Numbered from the whole stretch's first letter, positions 48,570 through 60,751 are shown. The stretch: DNA of 63,529 nucleotides, filler included, from Aduncisulcus paluster (GCA_024181965.1; 40 parts of 40 records of this genome joined end to end with filler, not necessarily neighbours in it), one strand, 5' to 3'. The notes: generated by a model from the sequence alone, not told the origin. Made by a program: numbers and translations.

Positions 48570-49234
48570 GTTTCAGGCAGAAGAATCTCCTTATTTCCTT
48601 CGTGAGATGAGAAAGCTCTCGGTCAAAATTCTCAAAAAGCTCCCTGCCCCTTCTCCTGCGGTGCCTCAGGTTGATTCTACTCACCGCAGGACACCACTTG
48701 TCACCACAATTCCTCTTCCTGTTGATATTACGGATAACCCTTTTGTGCTGACACCAGAAATTACCACTCATTGCCTTGATTCCATGGAGATATTTGATGA
48801 TATCGATTACCGTCAGGTCATCCTTCCAGACGCTGCGGAGGATACTCCCGAGAGTCAAGGCGATTCAGATGGTTCTAGTTCTTCTTCCACAGACAATGCT
48901 GGGGATACTCCCAGACCCCCTGCTGGTCACTGCAACTGGGAGCGGCTGAGGAAGGACAACTCGGATCTGCTGGGTGTCATGAAGCAATTAGTTGAAGAAC
49001 AATTCATCAAACGCAATCAGGATCACATCAAATTCCTTGAAGATGATGCGGATTCTCCGGAGTTAAGTAGGGCCAAGCGTATTCTTGCCCTCCACTGTGC
49101 TCGTACCAACTTCAATGCCATTTCTATCTTCCTCTCCGTTCATCCTTGTAAGGCACTGCCCATAAGTGATAGCGAGATGAGGTGGTTGTTGAAATTTTGG
49201 CTTGGTTTTGGGGATGCGAATTTCAGTGGCCAAC
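48556..49234 (+). mobile_element. CRE-like retrotransposon fragment, region between RT and the CCHC finger
   Basis: A Pro/Ser/Asp-rich spacer, then SIFLSVHP...ISDSEMRWLLKFWLG, which resembles the block preceding the zinc knuckle in CRE-clade proteins. GC rises near 48570. Confidence 0.6.
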
Positions 49235-49334
49235 NNNNNNNNNNNNNNNNNNNNNNNNNNNNNNNNNNNNNNNNNNNNTTAATTAATTAANNNNNNNNNN
49301 NNNNNNNNNNNNNNNNNNNNNNNNNNNNNNNNNN

Positions 49335-49344
49335 CTTCCGATCT
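49335..49344 (+). other. Illumina adapter remnant at scaffold start
   Basis: CTTCCGATCT is the 3' end of ...GCTCTTCCGATCT and sits exactly at the scaffold edge. Confidence 0.8.
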
Positions 49345-49391
49345 GGGTCAATTAAAAATGGAATTATAGTAAAAGGTTGTTTGAAAACCTC

Positions 49392-50185
49392 TTAACTATT
49401 GATCTCTTCTTTTATTTTTTTTGCTATTGCAAGAATTTTTGAAGTTTTTTCATTGTAACTTAAACTGTCATCAATAAGATGTTTTACAAAAGCACTTCCT
49501 ACAATCACACCATCTACCCCTTGGGCTTTTTCCTTCGCAGTATTTTCATCTACTCCAAATCCTATATATAATGATGTTGATGTATTTTCTTTGACTGTTG
49601 ATATTATCGTTGACAAATCTTCACTTGTTCCACTTCCTGTAATCCCAGCGTAAGCAACCATATAGATAAATTTAGTACTATTTTGAGTAAGTTGTTTAAT
49701 TCTTTCTATACTATCAGTAGGGGCANNNNNNNNNNNNNNNNNNNNNNNNNNNNNNNNNNNNNNNNNNNNNNNNNNNNNNNNNNNNNNNNNNNNNNNNNNN
49801 NNNNNNNNNNNNNNNNNNNNNNNNNNNNNNTTGCTTCTTCATAAGGAAGATCAGGAATAATAGAACCTTGGATATTTAACTCTTTCCCTTTTTGTAGAAA
49901 TTTCTCCATACCATAATGGAAGTATGGATTCATATAACCCATCCACAAAGTATCCATATGTGGTGCAATTTTATTTGTAACTTCAAATAAATCAGATAAT
50001 TTAAATCCATTTTGAAGTGCTATTAAACTTGCTTTTTCTATAACAGGACCATCCGCAACTGGGTCTGAAAATGGTATTCCTAGTTCTAGTGTATCTACTC
50101 CTGCTTCTTTCATTTGAAGTGCTAAATCTACGGTAAAATTATTTTCTGGTAGAGAAGATGTTATAAATCCAACTAATTTTTTCAT
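49392..50185 (-). CDS. trpA: Tryptophan synthase alpha subunit
   Basis: LELGIPFSDPVADGPVI, MGYMNP, PDLP, GITG, IGFG and DGVIVGSA. Confidence 0.97.
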
Positions 50186-50275
50186 ATTTGTCCTAATTAT
50201 AATAAATTTTATTTTCTTTAGATATAATCTTAGCATAAATTTTATAACATGTTTATAATAGATAAAAGAGGTACT

Positions 50276-50664
50276 ATGCAACAATTTAAAAAGCAAACTA
50301 TATCCTCCATCATTAATGCAAAAGGCAATAGAAAATTAAGTATGATTACTGCATACGATGCTTTATTTGCTAAATTATTTGATGGTGAAGTCGATTTTAT
50401 TTTAGTAGGTGATAGTTTAAATATGAGTTTTGGTGGTAAAAATGATACTTTAAGTATCACCATGGAACAAATGATTTATCATACAAAAGCTGTGTGTAAT
50501 GGAGCAAAAAATACTTTTATTATTTGTGATATGCCATTTGGAACTTATACGAATGAAAAAATTGCATTTGAAAATGCAATGAAAGTGTACCAACAGACAT
50601 CAGCTGATGCGGTAAAAATTGAAGGTGGAAAAAATAAAGCACATATTGTGAAGTATTTAACTGA
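50276..50664 (+). CDS. panB: Ketopantoate hydroxymethyltransferase, 3' partial
   Basis: MITAYD, ILVGDSL, DMPFGTY and AVKIEGG. Confidence 0.97.
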
Positions 50665-50764
50665 NNNNNNNNNNNNNNNNNNNNNNNNNNNNNNNNNNNN
50701 NNNNNNNNTTAATTAATTAANNNNNNNNNNNNNNNNNNNNNNNNNNNNNNNNNNNNNNNNNNNN

Positions 50765-51841
50765 CAAGAGTCATAGTTACTCCTGCCGTTGACCCGCGCT
50801 TAATTGAATCACTTCAACGTAACGATTCAGAGCACTGGGCAGAATTCACCTTCAGTCAACACCTGTTATGGCCATCTGAAGGCTATGTTTCTACTAGACA
50901 GTCGGGTTCTCCTTAGTCCGTTCCAGTTCTGACTTGACAGCTTCGATAGAGAGTAAGGCCCCCAATACTCGATTAAAAAACCAAGTACAAAAGAGCTCCC
51001 ACAATGGTGGCAAGTTAAATGCTCGCTAACTGGACACAATAAGGGGGCTCAGCCAAACCCGAAGGTACAGCTGCTCCAACCACAAACTACGTCAACAATT
51101 AACAACACGAATCCGAAAATACAAGTATCAACATCAACGTGCCAGCGTATAGCACCGAAGCACTATGCACTAGACATAAAACACCCCAAAGGGTCCCTGC
51201 TATCCTGTCGCCAGAGCCACTCCTTATCCCGAGGTTACTGAGCAATTTTGCCGACTTCCCTCACATGCTTTTTCTTGCTTGACCAGAGGCTGTTCACCTT
51301 GGAGACCGGCTGCGGTTGTGGGTACGGATGAGAATCAATCCTGCGTCTCGCCCCGTGACTTTTCAAGGCTCGTTTCGTACACTTCAGACAACGCCTAAAA
51401 ACTCTACATAAGATCCAAGAAGCCCCCGAAGGAACAAACGAAAATCAAACATAGAAAGCGGCGTGCTCTCCCTAAAAGTCGACGGTCCCTCTCTCTGGAT
51501 AATCCAACTCCAGGGACCTTTGACAGTGAATGAGATGAGAATAAGGGCAGACGAAGCCGAAACTTCATCAAACCCAGATTGCCCTTTGAATTAATCGCCG
51601 AGCAAAAAAACTCCCACTGAGGTACGACCCGAGGTCGTCACGTGCGTTTGCGTTACCGCCTGTTAAAGACGATTCTCACTACAGGACTATAAACCTGTTT
51701 CCCTTTCGATACGTGTATCAAAAAAAGATGTAAAATTATTTTATCCTTCATTACGACACACACCTGCAAAGAGCGTTTGCTTGTCTCTTAGGACCGAGTA
51801 ACCCGCTACCAAACACAGTTGTCGCGGAACCCTTCTCCACA
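50765..51841 (-). rRNA. Eukaryotic 28S rRNA, middle part, ending at helix 69
   Basis: Reverse complement contains ACCGCAGCCGGTCTCCAAGGTGAACAGCCTCTGG, AGGGAAGTCGGCAAAATTG and TCTGCCCAGTGCTCTGAAT, and ends GGCAGGAGTAACTATGACTCTTG. Confidence 0.97.
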
Positions 51842-52138
51842 NNNNNNNNNNNNNNNNNNNNNNNNNNNNNNNNNNNNNNNNNNNNTTAATTAATTAANNN
51901 NNNNNNNNNNNNNNNNNNNNNNNNNNNNNNNNNNNNNNNNNATATCACGACGTTCGTCGCAGACAAACCGATATTGACAGCGCTACCAAGCGATTGCTAA
52001 TCCAACGATTGCCAAAACCGGATAAACTGCGGACAATATCGTCAGTCCAACAGAGCCGCGCGCCCAGCGTGGCCGGAACAAAACAGAGCGGTGGCGGCAC
52101 TCGTCGTACGTCGTCGGTAACTTGAGGGAGGGAAGTGG

Positions 52139-52724
52139 ATGTCGTCGGTCCAGATTCGCGACGTGCGCAAGTCGTTCGGCAATTTTGAAGTCCTGCACGG
52201 CGTGTCGATCCCGATCGAGGACGGCGAGTTCGTCGTGCTGGTCGGCCCTTCAGGTTGCGGCAAGTCGACCCTGCTGCGCATGCTGGCGGGACTCGAGAAC
52301 ATCACCTCAGGAACGATCTCGATCGGCGATCGCGTCGTCAACAATGTCCAGCCCAAAGAGCGCGACATTGCGATGGTGTTCCAGAACTACGCGCTTTATC
52401 CGCACATNNNNNNNNNNNNNNNNNNNNNNNNNNNNNNNNNNNNNNNNNNNNNNNNNNNNNNNNNNNNNNNNNNNNNNNNNNNNNNNNNNNNNNNNNNNNN
52501 NNNNNNNNNNNNNNNNNNNNNNNNNNNNNNNNNNNNNNNNNNNNNNNNNNNNCAATATGGGCTTCTCGTTGAAGCTGCGCGGCGCCAAGCCCGAGGAAAT
52601 CTCGACCGGCGTCAAGCGCGCGGCGGAAATCCTCGCTTTGACCCCGCTGCTTGAGCGCTATCCGCGGCAACTCTCCGGCGGCCAGCGCCAGCGTGTTGCA
52701 ATGGGCCGCGCCATCGTGCGCGAT

Positions 52725-52756
<32 letters not shown>

Positions 52757-53088
52757 GAACCTCGACGCCAAGCTGCGCGTCGCGATGCGCACCGAGATCA
52801 AGGAACTGCACCAGCGGCTGAAGACCACGACGGTCTACGTCACCCACGACCAGATCGAGGCCATGACCATGGCCGACAAAATCGTGGTGATGCATGACGG
52901 CATCGTCGAGCAGATGGGCTCGCCGCTCGAGCTCTACGACAGGCCCGCGAACCAGTTCGTGGCCGGTTTCATCGGCTCGCCGGCAATGAACTTCCTCAAG
53001 GGCAATGTCAAGGTCAACGGCGCCGCCTATTTCGAGGGACCGAACGGCGTCAAGCTGCCGCTGAAATCCGCGCCGGCCAATTCCGACG
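52139..53088 (+). CDS. MalK/UgpC-family sugar ABC transporter ATP-binding protein, 3' partial
   Basis: [36 protein letters not shown] and VTHDQ. Confidence 0.96.
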
Positions 53089-53703
53089 NNNNNNNNNNNN
53101 NNNNNNNNNNNNNNNNNNNNNNNNNNNNNNNNTTAATTAATTAANNNNNNNNNNNNNNNNNNNNNNNNNNNNNNNNNNNNNNNNNNNNATAAGAAAGCTT
53201 TTGATAACATTAAAAAAGTTATTATACCAGGAAATCCGTTAGTTTTCTTTGATCCCTCGAAAGAACACTCAGTGTTCTAATATATTAAAGTATTATGATC
53301 AAAATGTGGTGTTACCTTAGTTATAAGAATAAAACCAATCTTAGCAAGACTATGCTTGAAGACAATTTACTGTTTAAGATGAATCAGAATCTCGTTGAAG
53401 AAATCAATTAATCAATAATCGAATCAACAATGAAATATAAATAAAAAAAATATAAATTAAATAAAATAAATAAAATATAATTATAAAACAAATAAATAAA
53501 CAATAATATATCAAAGATTGAGAAAAATTAGAACATCACCACACTCACCCCTTACTTTCTGAGGGGTTGTTCACAAGCACTCACACGCAAACACACCTAT
53601 TTGTATGTTAACTTGTTGAAATTTTGTGCGGATGCTGTAGATCCTGTGTCTGTGTGAAATTATGCTTAAAAAGTGATAATTCCTGTATAATAACGATAAA
53701 AAC

Positions 53704-53776
53704 TGCTTCTGGTGAGGCTTGAACTCACGACCTTTAGCTTATGAGACTACCGCTCTGCCAACTGAGCTACAGAAGC
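53704..53776 (-). tRNA. tRNA-Met(CAT), eukaryotic elongator type
   Basis: GCTTCTGTAGCTCAGTTGGCAGAGCGGTAGTCTCATAAGCTAAAGGTCGTGAGTTCAAGCCTCACCAGAAGCA: G1-C72 acceptor stem, GTTCA T-loop, no encoded CCA, followed by a T5 Pol III terminator. Confidence 0.96.
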
Positions 53777-54513
53777 ACAATTTTAATTTGTTGTTAAAGA
53801 TATTTAAAGATATCTATTTATATTTTGCTTTTTAGAGATGATTCAATTCATTAATCAGAATTCTTTAACCAAGTAGTTTAAGTTACCTCGAAAGTTTTAT
53901 TTGATCACTTGCCTATCTCGTAATATGGCGATTTCTTATTATGAACACTTCCAAAAATAGTATGTAGAGGAAATAGAGAGGTATTATAATGCGTACATAC
54001 TATCTAGTTTATTTTTCGAAAAATCTACAATCAGCCGAGGAGTCCAAATCTCACCAGTTCATAGTGAGAACATAGAAATGACGATTATCAAATGAACACA
54101 GAAACTTTGTATGTTGAGCTAAAAAACATCCAAATACGTACATATAAGAAATTACGAATATTAAATTTGAAAATTTTCCATTTCAATTTCTATTGCTAAT
54201 TTCTTATTGATTTCAGTGAAACTCTCGAGTTCTTCGAGATTCATTTGATAAAAGATGTTCAGCATTTTTATAGCAATGCTGACAAGACTTCTTGTAGAGA
54301 AAATACATAAAGCAAAAGGATGCATAGTAAAAATATTAAAAAGACAAAAATCTCGAATAGAAAAAATACGTTAATTCTCATAAAATATTATAAGATATGT
54401 AAATGTAACAAAAGATACATAGAAACCTAATGTCAAAGCTACTGGAGAAAGGGAATGGAATATTGTAAAATTGACTTAAAACACGATTGATAATTCAATT
54501 ATTTGGCTAGATC

Positions 54514-54514
<1 letters not shown>

Positions 54515-54602
<88 letters not shown>
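54515..54602 (+). repeat. Pure poly(A) run of about 88 nt at scaffold end
   Basis: Uninterrupted A tract seen directly. Confidence 0.95.
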
Positions 54603-54702
54603 NNNNNNNNNNNNNNNNNNNNNNNNNNNNNNNNNNNNNNNNNNNNTTAATTAATTAANNNNNNNNNNNNNNNNNNNNNNNNNNNNNNNNNNNNNNNNNN
54701 NN

Positions 54703-56570
54703 GTTGGAAGAAAGATAATGAACTTCAATTCATAACAGCTGGTACAGCTGCTTCTATTGGTTTGATTTTGCTCAGAGCCCATGAAATGGCTGTTTCTGCT
54801 GCCGATGGTTTAGAAATATTCACTGGAAATGATATATTCTTCTCAAGTGAGGCATTGATGTGGCTAAAGACCTTCAAAATATTACCATACTATCTTCAGA
54901 GTGGAATTATCTCTGGTCATGATCAAGATTTCATTGCCATTCTCCCTCGTCCTTGTTCTCTCGAAGAAATGAAATCCACATGCACTCAGCGTTATTTTCT
55001 CTCCCTTGACGAGAACCCCTCCATGGTGACAGTGGGTTCCGATCATGGACAGATCTCTTTTACCTCTTCACTCACACACGTTGATGACGATGACGTGTAT
55101 ATGGCAGACACTCGCACTGATCCAATGGGATATCGCTCTGCACCCACTGGAGGAATAAGTGATATGGCATCAACTAGCATTGTCCTACCGGAATATCCTA
55201 TTAACTTTGGTATATTTGAAACAATGAAAGAACTTGGCCATCTCGTACCGATTTCTGATTTTTCATCAGTAGATGCTCTCCGCAAGAGACTTGTGAGCAT
55301 GATAGTTGTTGAAAATGAACAAAAGGTCCAAGAGAAGCGGACTCATGGCAAATCTCTCCCGTCAAAGGAAAAGAAAACACCTCTCACTCCCACAAGAGTT
55401 CAAGTTGATGACAAAAAGCCAGCTGTTTCTCTTCCTAAACCCGTTTCACATCCCGTAACATCCGTCAATCCACCTCCACCGATCAATTCCCCGGCTGGCC
55501 GTCTGCCAAGGACGTATATTGATCCTGTTTTTGGAGATGGCTTTGTAAGTGCGAGTGATTCTACCCTTCATCCATACCCTCAAAAAGGAGAAATGTTACA
55601 ATATGAGTTTATTAATGGTCTTCCTCCTCTTACAACGAAAGATGCATTAAAACAATTGGCATTAGCTTTGTTGATCTATTTCATTCCTGCCGCTTACATG
55701 ATGTTTGTCCTTATTGTTGTTTGCATTGATATTTATGATTTAACTTGGGATTTTGGCTATATTCCAGCATTCTTCTGGGATGATCACTCGTATCCTTTCT
55801 TTCCAGCGATATTTCATAAACTCCGTTGGCTATTCTGGTCTGTGGGAGCTTTGACAGGAGTTGTATTATTATTTGTCAATTATATCAAGAAAACTGACAA
55901 ACTTCCAGTTCATTCCTGGCCTGAATCGAAGCAAAATACCCTTCGAGCGGTTGAGATTATTCTGTGGATTATCGGCACCGTGTGTGGTACAATTGGATCG
56001 ATTGGCTGTGCTCTTATTAATGCTCCTCACAATGGGAATTGGTTAATCCATGCATTCATTGGTCCCATAAGACAATTCATTCAGATCCTTTTGTATTTCA
56101 TTAGCTATGGTCTTATGGCATTCTTTAATACATTCTTTACAACGGATTCGAACATATGTGGATTGATATTGTCAACACTCGTTCACTTGACTCTTGCTTA
56201 CCTTATCTACATTCCTTTGATGAACTCTTTCTTGCGTCAGTTCATTACTCTTGAGGATGACATTTCTGATGATTATGGAAATGTATATGAAGCGTTTGCA
56301 GAGTATGCTCTCACCCAAGGATGGCCCATATATCATTACAGCATGATAATTGGCATATCTCCTGCATTGGAGTCTGTATCCACAATTATTCGCCAACTAT
56401 CCGAGAAGGATTTCCCAGATCCAGTGAGCAGAGTGTCGTATCTTCGGAGATGTGCTCCTTGGTTTATCTGCTGTCATTACCTCTTTATTGACCTGGCTTC
56501 TGCAGCGATTCCTTGGATTCTCGTGTTTGGATGTTTCATTGCCGCATGTCTGAATGATAACAATCGATGA
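54703..56570 (+). CDS. Hypothetical eukaryotic multi-pass membrane protein, 5' partial
   Basis: Over 600 codons uninterrupted. Soluble N-part, Pro-rich linker and roughly 6-7 hydrophobic helices in the C-terminal half. Confidence 0.8.
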
Positions 56571-57353
56571 TCCAATATATCTGGTCCTATATTGATCCTT
56601 ACTTGTCGAGGAGGCAATGAATTTATTCATATCTTATTATTCTTTATTCTGTTGGTATATTAATATATATATGATCATTTCGATATTTTTATCCATATAC
56701 GGTAAAATTTCACCTTAAAATTTTCACATCATTATCCTCTCCACTTTTATTAATACTCTCGCGCTTACGATATTATGATACAACATATAAACAATTGATC
56801 TCCGTATATTCACAATATAACGATTTTCTTAATTTATATTTTCCACTCCATGTTTTTATTTAAAGTGAGTTTTTGTAACAATTTTGCATAAAAAACTCAG
56901 ATTCTGAGTAAAACCAGAGTTATTCTGAAATATATTAGAATTATAATATGATTGAATCTAATATCATTCTAAATCATAAATATACTTCATCTATTTAGCA
57001 TCTTAATCAAACTTTGATTGGTTTGAAACCAAAAGAATATGGAAGCTGGATTAAGTACAAAAACCAAAAATTAGAAATAGAAGTGAAGAATAACCAAAAA
57101 TTTATGATAATATTATATGACATTAGCCGACCATGACCAATGAACAACAGAATAGAAAGCTGTTTAAGAAAATGCATTCCTAGAATGTATAATAGAAATA
57201 TTTATAGATCATATTATTATTTACGATAACTTTAAAATATAATTACCTCCATTAATAATCCAGTATGCTAACAAAACGCGTTCCAAATCTAGATCACCAG
57301 AAATATTTGATGTTGTTGATGATGAAGGTTTAGCTATTTCACAACCTGGAGGA

Positions 57354-57871
57354 ATGAATGTTCCTCCATTTTCGAACCTTTCATCTTGCGTAAGGGGCTC
57401 ATGTATATCCCAAGAGACACAGATTCCTGATTCTGTCAACGAGTCCCCTTCTATGATCCCCCCCAACCCCTCCCAACGCCCCTCAAGCCCTCAATCTGCT
57501 TCCGGCACTGAGAAGCAGGACGATAGTTCAGAAACGAGCTACGCTCAAGACCCTTTTGCCAATATTGTTGACACAGGCTGTGCTAAAAAGCACCAACCCT
57601 ATCTTTTGATACCCTTCGCCTTGACAACAATTGGAGCCATTGGAGAGAAAGCTTGGGAGTTTATTGAGCATGTACGGAGGAATGGAACCGATTTCATGGT
57701 ACCTGGCCGAACCAGAGAAGGGAGATCACGTAGATGGGCATCTACCCTTCTATGTGGGCTTGGAAGAGGCCTGTGTATAAGAGAAGCGACTTGTGTATCG
57801 TCTTACAGCTGGAATTTAATCCAAAAGAAAGAACCAAAGAGCAAGGGTAGTCACCTAAGCTTTTAGTTCTT
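57354..57871 (+). mobile_element. 3' end of a CRE-like RLE retrotransposon ORF
   Basis: LIPFALTTIGAIGEKAWEF is the terminal RLE motif (compare FYPMIFSSTGIVGESFQEF near 38450). Duplicated at 59393-59635. Confidence 0.75.
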
Positions 57872-57971
57872 NNNNNNNNNNNNNNNNNNNNNNNNNNNNN
57901 NNNNNNNNNNNNNNNTTAATTAATTAANNNNNNNNNNNNNNNNNNNNNNNNNNNNNNNNNNNNNNNNNNNN

Positions 57972-58198
57972 TAGTATAATAAGTGAAAATATCTCAGATA
58001 TAATTACTTGTTTTGTGTTAGGTTTACTGAAGCAAACTTAAACATAATTTTTCCTCTTATTTAAGATAAAACCCCAGAGAAAATATAAAAGGGCTACGCA
58101 TTATAAATGCTTTAAAATTCAGCTGAACTTCATATTGCTACAAAGCTCATACAACATGTTTTATGTGGAGGATTTTGATTTAAAATTCTCCAACTTTG

Positions 58199-58201
<3 letters not shown>
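57972..58201 (-). other. rDNA ITS1 (second assembled copy)
   Basis: Matches 23133-23362 except one A/G difference (AAAGAGCTAC vs AAAGGGCTAC). Confidence 0.93.
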
Positions 58202-58263
<62 letters not shown>

Positions 58264-58374
58264 TCAAGGCTCGCGGAACTTCCCGCACAGTGACTACAAG
58301 CAAGCAAGTAATCACAAGCCCCGTATTACGCAAGCATAACACTAAGGGCGCGCAGTCCAGACAACTCACCGGAA

Positions 58375-58410
<36 letters not shown>

Positions 58411-59023
58411 GATCCAGGGACGTATTCAGCGCACGTTGATGACGTGCACTTACGAGGTATTCCTGGTTCATGAGGGAAAATTACAAACCTCAATCCCCAG
58501 CGCGGACGGTTTTCACAAGATTACCCCAAACGCACAGCATACAAAGACAAAAGCCAATGTTTACCGCACATACCCCTTCGGGCTAGGAGACAACGGATGC
58601 CAGCACTGCAAGTAGGACTTACCAACCACCGAAGGGACCAGTAAGTGAATCCAACTCCGTTACCAACTCGTTAATCAGAGCTCGTTGAACCGTCCATTGT
58701 ATTACGCGTGCAGCCCAAGACCATCTAAAGGGCATCCCTGACCTGTTGTTGCCAATAACTTCCCCTCGCTTGCGCAAGTAGTCCCTCTAAGAAGCGAAGA
58801 AGATGGAATCCCCGAAGGGTACACCTCCCAATTACGACACTTTCGCCAGCCGAGTTGGACACTGAATAAAAGCCATGAACCATAAGTTTCCCCACCAACC
58901 GAAGTCAATGAAGTCGCAAACAGATCATGCCCAATTCAACATCCAGTCAACTGAATGTCATAACCGCTATTTAGCAGGTATTGGTCTCGTTCGTTATCGC
59001 AATAAAGCAGACAGATCACTCCA
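58202..59023 (-). rRNA. Eukaryotic 18S rRNA, 3' part with long variable-region expansions
   Basis: Reverse complement contains GATAACGAACGAGACC, AACAGGTCAGGGATGCCCTTTAGATG, GTACACACCGCCCGTCG and AAGTCGTAACAAGG. Confidence 0.97.
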
Positions 59024-59392
59024 NNNNNNNNNNNNNNNNNNNNNNNNNNNNNNNNNNNNNNNNNNNNTTAATTAATTAANNNNNNNNNNNNNNNNNNNNN
59101 NNNNNNNNNNNNNNNNNNNNNNNAATCTTTGTAACTTGTTATTGACACCAGAAATAAATAAATTTTTATTACTTTTAATTTAATTTTGCTACTCTTATAT
59201 GAAATTTATTATTACGGGATCTGGAAATCTTCATTTCTTCGTCGTGATGTCTTCGTTTCTCCTTGAATGTAGCAGGTTTATTTATAGGACGTAACAGGTT
59301 CTCGCTAAATTTTTAAACACTAGGATTTTACGATAAATTGTGTCAGTAAAATTGGGTTTAATTTGCGAGATTTTTGGGTGTTTTTTGGCTGA

Positions 59393-59635
59393 AAGAACTA
59401 AAAGCTTAGGTGACTACCCTTGCTCTTTGGTTCTTTCTTTTGGATTAAATTCCAGCTGTAAGACGATACACAAGTCGCTTCTCTTATACACAGGCCTCTT
59501 CCAAGCCCACATAGAAGGGTAGATGCCCATCTACGTGATCTCTCTTCTCTGGTTCGGCCAGGTACCATGAAATCGGTTCCATTCCTCCGTACATGCTCAA
59601 TAAACTCCCAAGCTTTCTCTCCAATGGCTCCAATT
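59393..59635 (-). mobile_element. 5'-truncated copy of the CRE-like element seen at 57629-57871
   Basis: 243-nt inverted match with one visible mismatch. Similarity stops abruptly at 59635, inside the RLE motif. Confidence 0.85.
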
Positions 59636-60315
59636 AAAGTTTTCAGTAGTTAGCAACAGTGGCCCAACAACTTTTTGTTTCTGCTGTAATTGAGCAAAAA
59701 TATGACATATAATTTTGTTATTATGAATGATAAATTAAGCATAATATCCTCAGGTGTAATTGAGCCCCCGGAGCGGGACGCTACCCACAGTGGCACTGGG
59801 TAACCCACTGGCTATGATGGAATCACGCAGTGTAGGAAAATAGAATGGTTTATTGTGCCATAGAGGTGCATAAAGAAAGTAAGGTATCTCGGTCGCGAGT
59901 GTAGCAACAAAGTTCTTTCAATCCATTCGATCAAAGAAACTCAAACTCACTCATAGTGTCTACTGGACCATTCTGACTTTCATTCCCACGAGAGTAGTAT
60001 ATATAAAACAAAAAAATACCAGATTTAACTCGATATTATCTTGCAGTGCCATGTTTGGCCACAAATATTGCCAAGAGATTCTCTTCAAGAGAACATTGAT
60101 ATATACGGAATAAGAAAATAAAACAATTTGTAAAAATATACTGTACTATTTGTTAAATAAGAGACTAACCATGAAATACAAGAGCGAAGTGAAGGAAAAA
60201 GCTATTCTATGCAGAATATAGGATTCAGAAAAGGTGAGCAAAAATAAGTATAATGAATGATAAGATGATTGATTTGTCAAATAAAGTCAGAATTGATTGA
60301 TCTCATAAACAATCT

Positions 60316-60751
60316 CTAGTCATAATAACCATCTTCAGGCAATTCGATCATAGGTGGGGAAATATGAAAAAGACTTGGAGGAGTTAACTCAACTTTGGGA
60401 TGACTTGGCGGTTTCATTGAAGATTCACGACATTCTTCTTTTTTCGCATCAATTGGGGATGATTGAACTTTTGATTCCTTTCGAACATCAGATGAGGAGC
60501 TATCCTGAGAAACTTCACATTTAGGGGGAGAAGGAGTTGTTAAACCAGCAACAGCATGTTTAACTTCATCAATGAAACTATCTTCAGCGATAATACCGTG
60601 TTTTTGAGAACTGCCAGAGATAGCATGCAATCCATCCCGAATGCTACATTTAGTTGAATCTAATCCATTTTTGTGGATGGATGCCAGAGATTTACGCGTA
60701 AAATTATCAAATTGTTTCTTTTGCCGCAAATTAAAAATCTTACATTTGATT
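60316..60751 (-). CDS. Hypothetical eukaryotic protein, C-terminal fragment
   Basis: Open frame from the scaffold edge, Ser/Pro/Lys-rich. Confidence 0.55.

Noticed and set aside
59636-59830. U4 snRNA-like words (TTGCTAA..TGAAAACTTT, ATCATAGCCAGTG) and HDV-ribozyme-like pairings near the truncated retroelement
   Set aside because: Spacing is wrong for U4, there is no K-turn stem-loop, and I could not build a full HDV double pseudoknot. The 11-bp direct repeat TGTAATTGAGC is within chance expectation.
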